Below are positions 48,933 to 61,100 of a stretch of 64,000 nt of DNA, in pieces. Numbering within the stretch: position 1 is the first letter of the stretch; each line of letters starts with the position of its first letter. The DNA is from Chrysomallon squamiferum (Eukaryota > Animalia > Mollusca), in the NCBI GenBank assembly GCA_012295275.1, contig CM022672.1, forward strand, positions 35,740,414 through 35,804,413, in the 5' to 3' direction. The notes under the pieces were generated by a model that was not told the DNA's origin, did no database searches, and saw only the letters and a list, made by a program, of their open reading frames with translations. A program made the translations under genes and the position numbers.

Positions 48933-49777
48933 GTGTATCGTTTTTCATTCGTAAAATGTAAAAGACACGATACTCGCCAGTTCAGTGTTCAAGTTTAAAC
49001 AAGATTTATTTTTGGCGGGGTGAAGTGTATTATTTTACACCGTCCATCTACAAACCAGCTTGTTGTGTCTGTTATTGATGTACTGTTACAGACTGTGACA
49101 GTCATTGTATAAAATTAATTAGTTGTATATACCAAATTATAAAAGTAGCGCCTTTGTTTAAATATATATATTTATTTATTTGGCAACGTGTTAAATTAAA
49201 ATACTTAGAAAACAATTATAATTTTCAAGGTACTAGTGGTACTCACATAATATTTAATCTTTTCTTCTCAAAATATGGTAGACAAACAGATTACAAAGTA
49301 TCTGTATTTCTAACAATACATGATATGTAATAATTAAGTGTTAGATTGGGAAATAAAGTTAATTTATCGATTGAGAATAATAACATTTACTGAATTAGAT
49401 TAGTTACGCAGTTTGAGTTTATGTTATATTATTTTCTATTTCCGTTTTCTTTTCTAGGTTTTTTTTTTTTTTTTTTTTTTGGTTGTTTTTATTTATTTGT
49501 TTATTTATTTATTTATTATTATTTTTGTTTCTACAGACTATTTCTCTAGGGTGCCTTAACAATGTTTTTTTTTTTTTTTTTTTTTGCTGCTGTTGCTGAT
49601 CTTATTGTTATTGTTCTGTTAATTATTTCTTTATTTATTATTGTTATTATTGTTGTTATTATTATTACTACTGTTATCATCCTTATTATTGTTGTTGTCG
49701 TTATTACAAGTTCCTGTCTTTGCTGTTTAGAAAAATAATTATGAATAATGAATGACTTACTAACAAGACTTGATTCG

Positions 49778-49866
<89 letters not shown>

Positions 49867-49944
49867 GGGAGCTGTCTCTGTCTCTCTCTCTTATCTCTCT
49901 CAACATGCAGTCTCTCTCTCTCTCTCTCTCTAGTTTCTCTCTCT

Positions 49945-50610
49945 GAAGAGATGACAACATGCAGTCATTTTGCTAAGACTGCTCATTTATCTGTCTTATC
50001 AACAGTTGACAACATGCAGTCACGTTTTGCTAAAACTGAAATAGTTTGTGTATGAAAGACTGAAATAGTTTGTGTATGAAGAGATGACAACATGCAGTCA
50101 AGTTTTGCTAAGACTGAAACAGTTTATCTGTGTATGAAGAGATGACAACATGCAGTCAAGTTTTGCTAAGACTGAAATAGTTTATCTGTGTATGAAGAGA
50201 TGACAACACGCAGTCACGTTTTGCTAAGACTGAAATAATTTATCTGTGTATGAAGAGAGGACAACACGCAGTCACGTTTTGCTAAGACTGAAATAGTTTG
50301 TGTATGAAGAGAGGACAACACGCAGTCACGTTTTGCTAAGACTGAAATAATTTATCTGTGTATGAAGAGAGGACAACACGCAGTCACGTTTTGCTAAGAC
50401 TGAAATAGTTTATCTGTGTATGAAGAGATGACAACACGCAGTCACGTTTTGCTAAGACTGAAATAGTTTATCTGTGTATGAAGAGATGACAACACGCAGT
50501 CACGTTTTGCTAAGACTGAAATAGTTTATCTGTGTATGAAGAGATGACAACACGCAGTCACGTTTTGCTAAGACTGAAATAGTTTATCTGTGTATGAAGA
50601 GATGACAACA
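49945..50610. repeat. 58-bp minisatellite GAAGAGATGACAACACGCAGTCACGTTTTGCTAAGACTGAAATAGTTTATCTGTGTAT
   Basis: Direct reading, ~11 units. Confidence 0.93.
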
Positions 50611-51133
50611 TTACCAACACACTCTAACTATTACACTAACATGTTATCTTTCCATACCTCTTAGCCTAATGCAACCCTGACCCTCTACCCAAAGCCTAAA
50701 ACTAAAATAAACATTTTCTTAACTCTAAATATACCTGTAAATGTGTTTGATGGATGAATGACAACTGAATGAAATAAAGACAAATTAAATGGTTGAAAAC
50801 AAAAATAAACAATCTGCTTGGTGTTATTTTTATCTGCCGTTGTAATGACAAACATCTCTCATAGTAAAATAAAACATCTCTCATAGTAAAATAAAGGTAA
50901 ACTTCCTTACATTCATGGAAACAGTATTTTCACATCGCATGTATTCTGTGACGACAACGACGACTGCAAAAATTAATTAGAAAATAATTAGATTAAAAAC
51001 AAAAACTGTATTGTTATCAACGTTTATGTCTGTATATATGTCTCTCTTCCTTACTATGTTCGTACGTGTGTCTCTCTGTGTGTTGTGTTGTGTTCGTGTA
51101 TGTGTGTGTATGTGTTTTCATGTGTTAACATAC

Positions 51134-51379
51134 TTTAAAAGTGCTGTAAAAATATCTGCCTCCACATCGGGAACAACTATGTCACTAAGTTCGCCAGTGA
51201 ATATTTGATGAAAAACTTCGCTTCTTGTCAGGAGAATGAACCAGTGAGCATCAACAGCCGTTTTATCTTCGTACTACAAATCTGACGTCCGTGTCAGTTC
51301 TTGTACGAAAAACGTCTTCAGTGAACTCCATCAGATTGTTCCCTGTCTGCCAACTTGAGGTTGAAGCTGTGTTGGCCAT
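51134..51379 (-). pseudogene. BTB/POZ-domain exon (BTBD1/2/3/6-like N-terminus) with a frameshift
   Basis: MANTASTSSWQTGNNLMEFTEDVFRTRTDTDVRFVV, then a frameshift near 51271, then EDKTAVDAHWFILLTRSEVFHQIFTGELSDIVVPDVEADIFTALLK. Has the WQ, DV.F.V, AH..IL..RS.VF and VPDVE...F..LL signatures; acceptor tttgtag at 51387, donor aa|gtatgt. Confidence 0.78.
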
Positions 51380-51411
51380 GTTTTCACTACAAACAATCGA
51401 TAATAATAATA

Positions 51412-51487
<76 letters not shown>

Positions 51488-51802
51488 TATTGAGTGGGGA
51501 AGGAAAGGAATAAGAAATTGTTCAGACATAGAACTGTAGCAGTTCTTATAGCAAAAACAAAATTAATAAATAAATAAAAAAGTAAAAAAGTAAAAAGTCA
51601 AATTAAAACAAAGTTATTAATTAATTAAAAAATAATAATGATAAAATAAAAAATAAAGTAATAAATTAAAATCAAATCAATCAGACTAGTTATCCAACAA
51701 CGACAAATCTAAAAATAAAAAAAATAAAAAATAAAAACATTAGAAAAAAGTAAGAAAAAAAAGAAAAAAAAGTAAGAAACAAGACGCGATGTTTTTTAAA
51801 GT

Positions 51803-54740
51803 GGAAAACAATATAAAATACCTTGTAGTTTTAATTAGCTGAAAACAATATAAAATACCTTGTAGTTTTAATTAGCTGAAAACAATATAAAATACCTTGT
51901 AGTTTTAATTAGCTGAAAACAATATAAAATACCTTGTAGTTTTAATTAGCTGAAATCAATATAAAATACCTTGTAGTTTTAATGTAGCTGAAAACAATAT
52001 AAAATACCTTGTAGTTTTAATGTAGCTGAAAACAATATAAAATACCTTGTAGTTTTAATGTAGCTGAAAACAATATAAAATACCTTGTAGTTTTAATGTA
52101 GCTGAAAACAATATAAAATACCTTGTAGTTTTAATTAGCTGAAATCAATATAAAATACCTTGTAGTTTTAATTAGCTGAAAACAATATAAAATACCTTGT
52201 AGTTTTAATTAGCTGAAAACAATATAAAATACCTTGTAGTTTTAATTAGCTGAAAATAATATAAAATACCTTGTAGTTTTAATGTAGCTGAAAACAATAT
52301 AAAATACGTTGTAGTTTTAATGTAGCTGAAAACAGTATAAAATACCTTGTAGTTTTAATTAGCTGAAATCAATATAAAATACCTTGTAGTTTTAATTAGC
52401 TGAAATCAATATAAAATACGTTGTAGTTTTAATGTAGCTGAAAACAATATAAAATACCTTGTAATTTTAATGTAGCTGAAAACAATATAAAATACCTTGT
52501 TGTTTTAATGTAGCTGAAAACAATATAAAATACCTTGTAGTTTTAATTAGCTGAAATCAATATAAAATACCTTGTAGTTTTAATTAGCTGAAATCAATAT
52601 AAAATACGTTGTAGTTTTAATGTAGCTGAAAACAATATAAAATACCTTGTAATTTTAATGTAGCTGAAAACAATATAAAATACCTTGTTGTTTTAATGTA
52701 GCTGAAAACAATATAAAATACCTTGTAGTTTTAATGTAGCTGAAAACAATATAAAATACGTTGTAGTTTTAATGTAGCTGAAAACAATATAAAATACCTT
52801 GTTGTTTTAATGTAGGTGAAAACAATATAAAATACCTTGTTGTTTTAATGTAGCTGAAAACAATATACAATACCTTGTAGTTTTAATTAGCTGAAAACAA
52901 TATAAAATACCTTGTAGTTTTAATTAGCTGAAAACAATATAAAATACCTTGTAGTTTTAATTAGCTGAAAACAATATAAAATACCTTGTAGTTTTAATGT
53001 AGCTGAAAACAATATAAAATACCTTGTAGTTTTAATGTAGCTGAAAACAATATAAAATACCTTGTAGTTTTAATGTAGCTGAAAACAATATAAAATACCT
53101 TGTAGTTTTAATTAGCTGAAAACAATATAAAATACCTTGTAGTTTTAATTAGCTGAAAACAATATAAAATACCTTGTAGTTTTAATTAGCTGAAAACAAT
53201 ATAAAATACCTTGTAGTTTTAATTAGCTGAAAACAATATAAAATACCTTGTAGTTTTAATTAGCTGAAAACAATATAAAATACCTTGTAGTTTTAATGTA
53301 GCTGAAAACAATATAAAATACCTTGTAGTTTTAATGTAGCTGAAATCAATATAAAATACCTTGTAGTTTTAATGTAGCTGAAAATAATATAAAATACCTT
53401 GTAGTTTTAATGTAGCTGAAAACAATATAAAATTCTTTGTAGTTTTAATTAGCTGAAAACAATATAAAATACCTTGTAGTTTTAATGTAGCTGAAATCAA
53501 TATAAAATACCTTGTAGTTTTAATGTAGCTGAAAACAATATAAAATACGTTGTAGTTTTAATGTAGCTGAAAACAATATAAAATACCTTGTAATTTTAAT
53601 GTAGCTGAAAACAATATAAAATACCTTGTAGTTTTAATTAGCTGAAATCAATATATAATACCTTGTAGTTTTAATTAGCTGAAAACAATATAAAATACCT
53701 AGTAATTTTAATGTAGCTGAAATCAATATAAAATACCTTGTAGTTTTAATGTAGCTGAAATCAATATAAAATACCTTGTAGTTTTAATGTAGCTGAAAAC
53801 AATATAAAATACCTTGTTGTTTTAATGTAGCTGAAAACAATATAAAATACCTTGTTGTTTTAATGTAGCTGAAAACAATATAAAATACCTTGTTGTTTTA
53901 ATGTAGCTGAAAACAATATACAATACCTTGTAGTTTTAATTAGCTGAAAACAATATAAAATACCTTGTAGTTTTAATTAGCTGAAAACAATATAAAATAC
54001 CTTGTAATTTTAATTAGGTGAAAACAGTATAAAATACCTTGTAGTTTTAATGTAGCTGAAAACAATATAAAATACCTTGTAATTTTAATGTAGCTGAAAA
54101 CAATATAAAATACCTTGTAGTTTTAATGTAGCTGAAAACAATATAAAATACCTTGTAATTTTAATGTAGCTGAAAACAATATAAAATACCTTGTTGTTTT
54201 AATGTAGCTGAAAACAATATAAAATACCTTGTTGTTTTAATGTAGCTGAAAACAATATACAATACCTTGTAGTTTTAATTAGCTGAAAACAATATAAAAT
54301 ACCTTGTAGTTTTAATTAGCTGAAAACAATATAAAATACCTTGTAGTTTTAATTAGCTGAAAACAGTATAAAATACCTTGTAGTTTTAATGTAGCTGAAA
54401 ACAATATAAAATACCTTGTAATTTTAATGTAGCTGAAAACAATATAAAATACCTTGTAGTTTTAATTAGCTGAAAACAATATAAAATACCTTGTAGTTTT
54501 AATGTAGCTGAAAACAATATAAAATACCTTGTAGTTTTAATTAGCTAAAAACAATATAAAATACCTTGTAGTTTTAATTAGCTGAAAACAATATAAAATA
54601 CCTTGTAGTTTTAATTAGCTGAAAACAATATAAAATACCTTGTAGTTTTAATGTAGCTGAAAACAATATAAAATACCTTGTAGTTTTAATTAGCTGAAAT
54701 CAATATAAAATACCTTGTAGTTTTAATTAGCTGAAAACAA
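51803..54740. repeat. 37/38-bp minisatellite GAAAACAATATAAAATACCTTGTAGTTTTAAT(T|GT)AGCT, ~78 units
   Basis: Direct reading. Confidence 0.97.
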
Positions 54741-54744
54741 TCAC

Positions 54745-54995
54745 AGTTTTGTCACAAAACTTGGTAACGTTCGTCGCTTTTCGGCGACGGCGGTGACGAA
54801 TTGAGCAAAAAAGACTGAGTCTCCGCTGTCCAATATTTTTCTGTGCGCGAAATCAAAATTTAACGTGTTAGTGTGTAAACTCTTTGTATAGTAATAATAT
54901 ATTTGTTTACCAGTAACATATATATCCGACCACGATCGAATGACATCACGGATTTCATTGAGCGTATGCGTTACATGCAAATCTCGCATCATATT
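54745..54995 (-). promoter_or_regulatory. CpG-rich promoter-like module at the inner end of the right arm, facing the BTB exon
   Basis: Same octamer (54975-54982), E2F-like (54845-54852) and Inr-like motifs on the minus strand, plus 21 bp absent from the left copy. Confidence 0.4.
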
Positions 54996-56538
54996 CCGTT
55001 CCAGTCCATATATACATTATATTTTATGTTGTGTTATTTTATTATATTACACTAGACTATACTATACTATAATATACTGCACTACACTGCAGAGATTTAT
55101 ATTCATTTGTATTCTGTTCTATTCTATCATTACGTTGTACTTATATGACACTATACTCTTCTCTGCTATACTATACTATACTACACTACACTACACTACA
55201 CTATAGCGAATTATATTCAGTTCTATTCTATTCTATCATTACACTTTATTATATTACACTATACCATCCTATACTACACTACACTACACTACACTACACT
55301 ACACTATAGCGAATTATATTCAGTAGTAATCTGTTCTATTCTATTCTATTGTATTATATTATTACGTTGTAAATACCACTATACTATACTATACTCTAAC
55401 TAAACATTTAATGTTTTAGTGTCTAGACTCTTTGGCCAGTATAGTAATAATATATTTGTTTAGCAATAATATATTTCTTTTGTTATATTTTTAAAATAGA
55501 TTATTTGCTTAATGTCTTAATGACTAAAATAAACACAACGATAAAAATAACTCAACTTTACCGTCAATAATGAGTATGATGATAAATAAATTAATTAATC
55601 AAGTAAGATAGGTGAAGTTATGCAGATACATGAACAGAACATAAATTGTTTTGAATATATATATATAGTTTTAGTTTTTCCACGCACACTCATATATATA
55701 TATATATATATACATTGTATTATACATATTCACCTTTTTTTTATTTAAGAATAACCTTAAGTTTTATGTTAACTGTGCGAAAGTGGTTCAGAGCAAAAAT
55801 GATTGGTCTGTATCCAGATAAGTTAACATTTTAAACATTTAAATCCATAACAACGTCTAGAAAAACTAAATATCGTGTCATTGAGGATCTTGTGACCCAG
55901 TGTGCATTATGTTTTTCTTATTTATTAATTTTTTACTTATACTCTTTAACAGTCAAAGATTTATTGTATTATCATGTTATAAACGTGTGGCCTATGCTAT
56001 TAAACATTTTAAAGATAAACATTTAAAATAATATTTTTTATTTTCATTATTATATAGAAATAATCACAAAACAGTTATAGAAATTATGGTAGAAAACAAT
56101 ACCAGGTTCATTTCAGATGCAATGTTAACAAGAGAAGCCAGATGACTGTATTTGCACTGTGGCCATAATTCAGAGGCATTTAATGAACAATACATCAATA
56201 TTAACTCATAGCCAATTAGACAATATGACACATTCATTATTTTATGACATGGCTGGCTGGATGGATGGATGAATACACTATATACAAAATACAAATCGTT
56301 GAAAAACCTATATTTCTTTAGATTTATGAATATTCATATAAATTTTTTTCTTTTTTTTTTTTTTTTTTTTTTTCTTCTTTTTTCTTTAGTTTCTTCCTCT
56401 TCAAAAACTAGAGAACTTTATAAGGACACCAGGGTTTTTGTTGTTTTTGGTTAATTTCATATATTAATTGAAATTTTTGTTGTAAACGCAGTATGTTGTT
56501 GGTATTAACTTCTCAAATGTAAAAACTCTTTCTAGTTC

Positions 56539-56589
<51 letters not shown>

Positions 56590-58163
56590 GTAATAGTAAT
56601 AGTAACAGTGATAATAACAGTACAGATGTTGATCTGGCGATATGATGATTATAATAATGATAATAAGACGAAAAGATAAATAAACTCAAAACACTCAAAA
56701 GAGTATAAGGCCTAGTACTGAGAAATACTATGAGAAAGGAAGATATTTTGAATTATGTAAACAGGGGTGAAACAGAATTGTATATAAATCAACCATGTTT
56801 ATTAAGTGTTCTTTTTCCCATTTGGATGCCCGGGACCCCCCCCCCACTTCGGACGCGCTGCCCTCTGCACTCCACTGCTATAAAGAGAGCTTCGTGGTAA
56901 TGTTTCGGCACTTCTGTATCTAAAGAGAGCTTCGAGGTAATGTTTTGATACTTCTGTATCTAAAGAGAGCTTCGTGGGAACGTTTTGGTACTTCTGTATC
57001 TAAAGAGAGCTTCGTGGGAATGTTTTGGCACTTCTGAATCTAAAGAGAGCTTCGTGGTAATGTTTTGGCACTTCTGTATCTAAAGAGAGCTTCGTGGTAA
57101 TGTTTTGGTAGTTCTGTATCTAAAGAGACCTTCGAGGGAACGTTTTGGCACTTCTGTATCTAAAGAGAGCTTCGTGGTAATGTTTTGGTACTTCTGTATT
57201 GGGTCTCTCATTAAAAAATATATATAGATGTATATTCAAAGAGAAAGGATAACTTTTCAACGGAACGTTTTGGCACTTCTGTATCTAAAGAGAGCTTCTT
57301 CTGTATCTAAAGAGAGCTTCGTGGGAATGTTTTGGCACTTCTGAATCTAAAGAGAGCTTCGTGGTAATGTTTTGGCACTTCTGTATCTAAAGAGAGCTTC
57401 GTGGTAACGTTTTGGTACTTCTGTATCTGAAGAGAGCTTCGTGGTAATGTTTTGGTACTTCTGTATCTAAAGAGAGCTTCGTGGGAATGTTTTGGTAGTT
57501 CTGTATCTAAAGAGAGCTTCGTAGGAACGTTTTGGTACTTCTGTATCTAAAGAGAGCTTCGTGGGAACGTTTTGGTACTTCCGTATCTAAAGAGAGCTTC
57601 GTGGGAACGTTTTAGAACCAGTGAATAGGAGTTTTTATAAAAGTGTTAACCTTATTGTGTGACAGTTCACTGAAGTGAATCATGTGTAATGGTTGTCTTT
57701 GCTTTTTCCATCAGGCACAGTTCTGTGTGTGACATATTGTGAAAACAAAAGCAAATTGTTGACACGAAAAACAAAAAGTTTTTTTCACATTTTCTGCCCA
57801 ATTTTCTTTAAATGGTTTACTGGTAAAGTTAATATATCTTCTTTTCTTAAGAATCCATGACTGCTACAAATTCAACTTCTCAAAATGTATGCAAACGAGA
57901 CAGCAGAAATCAGAGTTTTCAAATTTCAGACAAAATAAAAATCACAACCCCTTAAAAATAATCAGAACTACAGACAAGAGACTGAGAAAAAATAGCAAGC
58001 AAGAGTTTGATAAAGTTTGATTGATAATGATTTCTAAATTAAATATGTTAAGCGTTATTGTTCTGTATTTTGAAGATAAATATATCCTCTCTTAACTAAT
58101 AATTGTAGCTGTTTATTTTAGACTTAGGCAGGAAAAACATAAACAGAACATTTACTCGTTTTT
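54745..58163. repeat. Right arm of the large inverted duplication (40-bp minisatellite at 56880-57610)
   Basis: Near-identical reverse complement of the left arm; distal 550 bp match 41506-42056. Confidence 0.92.
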
Positions 58164-61100
58164 TACACTCGCCCCGACGGCGCGCACGTTTTGCACACGT
58201 TGAAATATTTTTCCCGACCGCACGGAATAGTGCCACACGGATTTTCAATTTTTGAAAATCGAATTTTTTCAAGTTTCGTTGAAAATGCTAGGGGTACCTT
58301 TTTCAAAGTGCAATAACTTTTTCTGTGCACGTGGGAAAAATCGGGCGCACATACCCAAAAGTGGGGCAAGGGTTGCCCCACACGGGTCAAAAGTGCCGCA
58401 CGCCCCACCCAAGGGGAACAACTCGTTTCCGACACGTGCACAAAAAACGCACATGTTTTTGAAAATTTGCTCGTTTTTTTTCAAACGCATTTTCAAAAGG
58501 TGCAGCACCTTTGGTAAATGTTGGAAACGTTTTTGCCACACTCGCCCCGACGGCGCGCACCTTTTGCACACGTCGAAATATTTTTCCCGACCAAACGGAA
58601 AAGTGCCACACGGATTTTCAACTTTTGAAAATCGAATTTTTTCAAGTTTCGTTGAAAATGCTAGGGGTACCTTTTTCAAAGTGCAATAACTTTTTCCGAG
58701 CACGTGGGAAAAATCGGGCGCACATACCCAAAAGTGGGGCAAGGGTTGCCCCACACGGGTCAAAAGTGCCGCACGCCCCACCCAAGGGGAACAACTCGTT
58801 TCCGACACGTGCACAAAAAACGCACATGTTTTTGAAAATTTGCTCGTTTTTTTTCAAACGCATTTTCAAAAGGTGCAGCACCTTTGGTAAATGTTGGAAA
58901 CGTTTTTGCCACACTCGCCCCGACGGCGCGCACCTTTTGCACACGTCGAAATATTTTTCCCGACCAAACGGAAAAGTGCCACACGGATTTTCAACTTTTG
59001 AAAATCGAATTTTTTCAAGTTTCGTTGAAAATGCTAGGGGTACCTTTTTCAAAGTGCAATAACTTTTCCGAGCACGTGGGAAAAATCGGGCGCACATACC
59101 CAAAAGTGGGGCAAGGGTTGCCCCACACGGGTCAAAAGTGCCGCACGCCCCACCCAAGGGGAACAACTCGTTTCCGACACGTGCACAAAAAACGCACATG
59201 TTTTTGAAAATTTGCTCGTTTTTTTTTCAAACGCATTTTCAAAAGGTGCAGCACCTTTGGTAAATGTTGGAAACGTTTTTGCCACACTCGCCCCGACGGC
59301 GCGCACCTTTTGCACACGTCGAAATATTTTTCCCGACCAAACGGAAAAGTGCCACACGGATTTTCAACTTTTGAAAATCGAATTTTTTCAAGTTTCGTTG
59401 AAAATGCTAGGGGTACCTTTTTCAAAGTGCAATAACTTTTTCCGAGCACGTGGGAAAAATCGGGCGCACATACCCAAAAGTGGGGCAAGGGTTGCCCCAC
59501 ACGGGTCAAAAGTGCCGCACGCCCCACCCAAGGGGAACAACTCGTTTCCGACACGTGCACAAAAAACGCACATGTTTTTGAAAATTTGCTCGTTTTTTTT
59601 CAAACGCATTTTCAAAAGGTGCAGCACCTTTGGTAAATGTTGGAAACGTTTTTGCCACACTCGCCCCGACGGCGCGCACCTTTTGCACACGTCGAAATAT
59701 TTTTCCCGACCAAACGGAAAAGTGCCACACGGATTTTCAACTTTTGAAAATCGAATTTTTTCAAGTTTCGTTGAAAATGCTAGGGGTACCTTTTTCAAAG
59801 TGCAATAACTTTTTCCGAGCACGTGGGAAAATCGGGCGCACATACCCAAAAGTGGGGCAAGGGTTGCCCCACACGGGTCAAAAGTGCCGCACGCCCCACC
59901 TAAGGGGAACAACTCGTTTCCGACACGTGCACAAAAAAAACGCACATGTTTTTTGAAAATTTGCTCGTTTTTTTTTCAAAACGCATTTTCAAAAGGTGCA
60001 GCACCTTTGGTAAATGTTGGAAACGTTTTTGCCACACTCGCCCCGACGGCGCGCACCTTTTGCACACGTCGAAATATTTTTCCCGACCAAACGGAAAAGT
60101 GCCACACGGATTTTCAACTTTTGAAAATCGAATTTTTTCAAGTTTCGTTGAAAATGCTAGGGGTACCTTTTTCAAAGTGCAATAACTTTTTCCGAGCACG
60201 TGGGAAAAATCGGGCGCACATACCCAAAAGTGGGGCAAGGGTTGCCCCACACGGGTCAAAAGTGCCGCACGCCCCACCCAAGGGGAACAACTCGTTTCCG
60301 ACACGTGCACAAAAAACGCACATGTTTTTGAAAATTTGCTCGTTTTTTTTTTTCAAACGCATTTTCAAAAGGTGCAGCACCTTTGGTAAATGTTGGAAAC
60401 GTTTTTGCCACACTCGCCCCGACGGCGCGCACCTTTTGCACACGTCGAAATATTTTTCCCGACCAAACGGAAAAGTGCCACACGGATTTTCAACTTTTGA
60501 AAATCGAATTTTTTCAAGTTTCGTTGAAAATGCTAGGGGTACCTTTTTCAAAGTGCAATAACTTTTTCCGAGCACGTGGAAAAATCGGGCGCACATACCC
60601 AAAAGTGGGGCAAGGGTTGCCCCACACGGGTCAAAAGTGCCGCACGCCCCACCCAAGGGGAACAACTCGTTTCCGACACGTGCACAAAAAACGCACATGT
60701 TTTTGAAAATTTGCTCGTTTTTTTTCAAACGCATTTTCAAAAGGTGCAGCACCTTTGGTAAATGTTGGAAACGTTTTTGCCACACTCGCCCCGACGGCGC
60801 GCACCTTTGCACACGTCGAAATATTTTTCCCGACCAAACGGAAAAGTGCCACACGGATTTTCAACTTTTGAAAATCGAATTTTTCAAGTTTCGTTGAAAA
60901 TGCTAGGGGTACCTTTTTCAAAGTGCAATAACTTTTTCCGAGCACGTGGGAAAAATCGGGCGCACATACCCAAAAGTGGGGCAAGGGTTGCCCCACACGG
61001 GTCAAAAGTGCCGCACGCCCCACCCAAGGGGAACAACTCGTTTCCGACACGTGCACAAAAAACGCACATGTTTTTGAAAATTTGCTCGTTTTTTTTTCAA

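Noticed and set aside
50912-50964. Exon-like segment downstream of the BTB exon
   Set aside because: It has AG and GT sites but reaches a stop in the required phase and does not continue the BTB domain.
45202-54740. 26-58-bp repeat arrays as CRISPR arrays
   Set aside because: Units are head-to-tail with no unique spacers, there are no cas genes, and the context is eukaryotic.
54745-54982. Octamer plus PSE-like TCACC...AAAAG suggesting an snRNA gene
   Set aside because: No snRNA sequence follows in either arm; downstream is minisatellite or AT-rich DNA.
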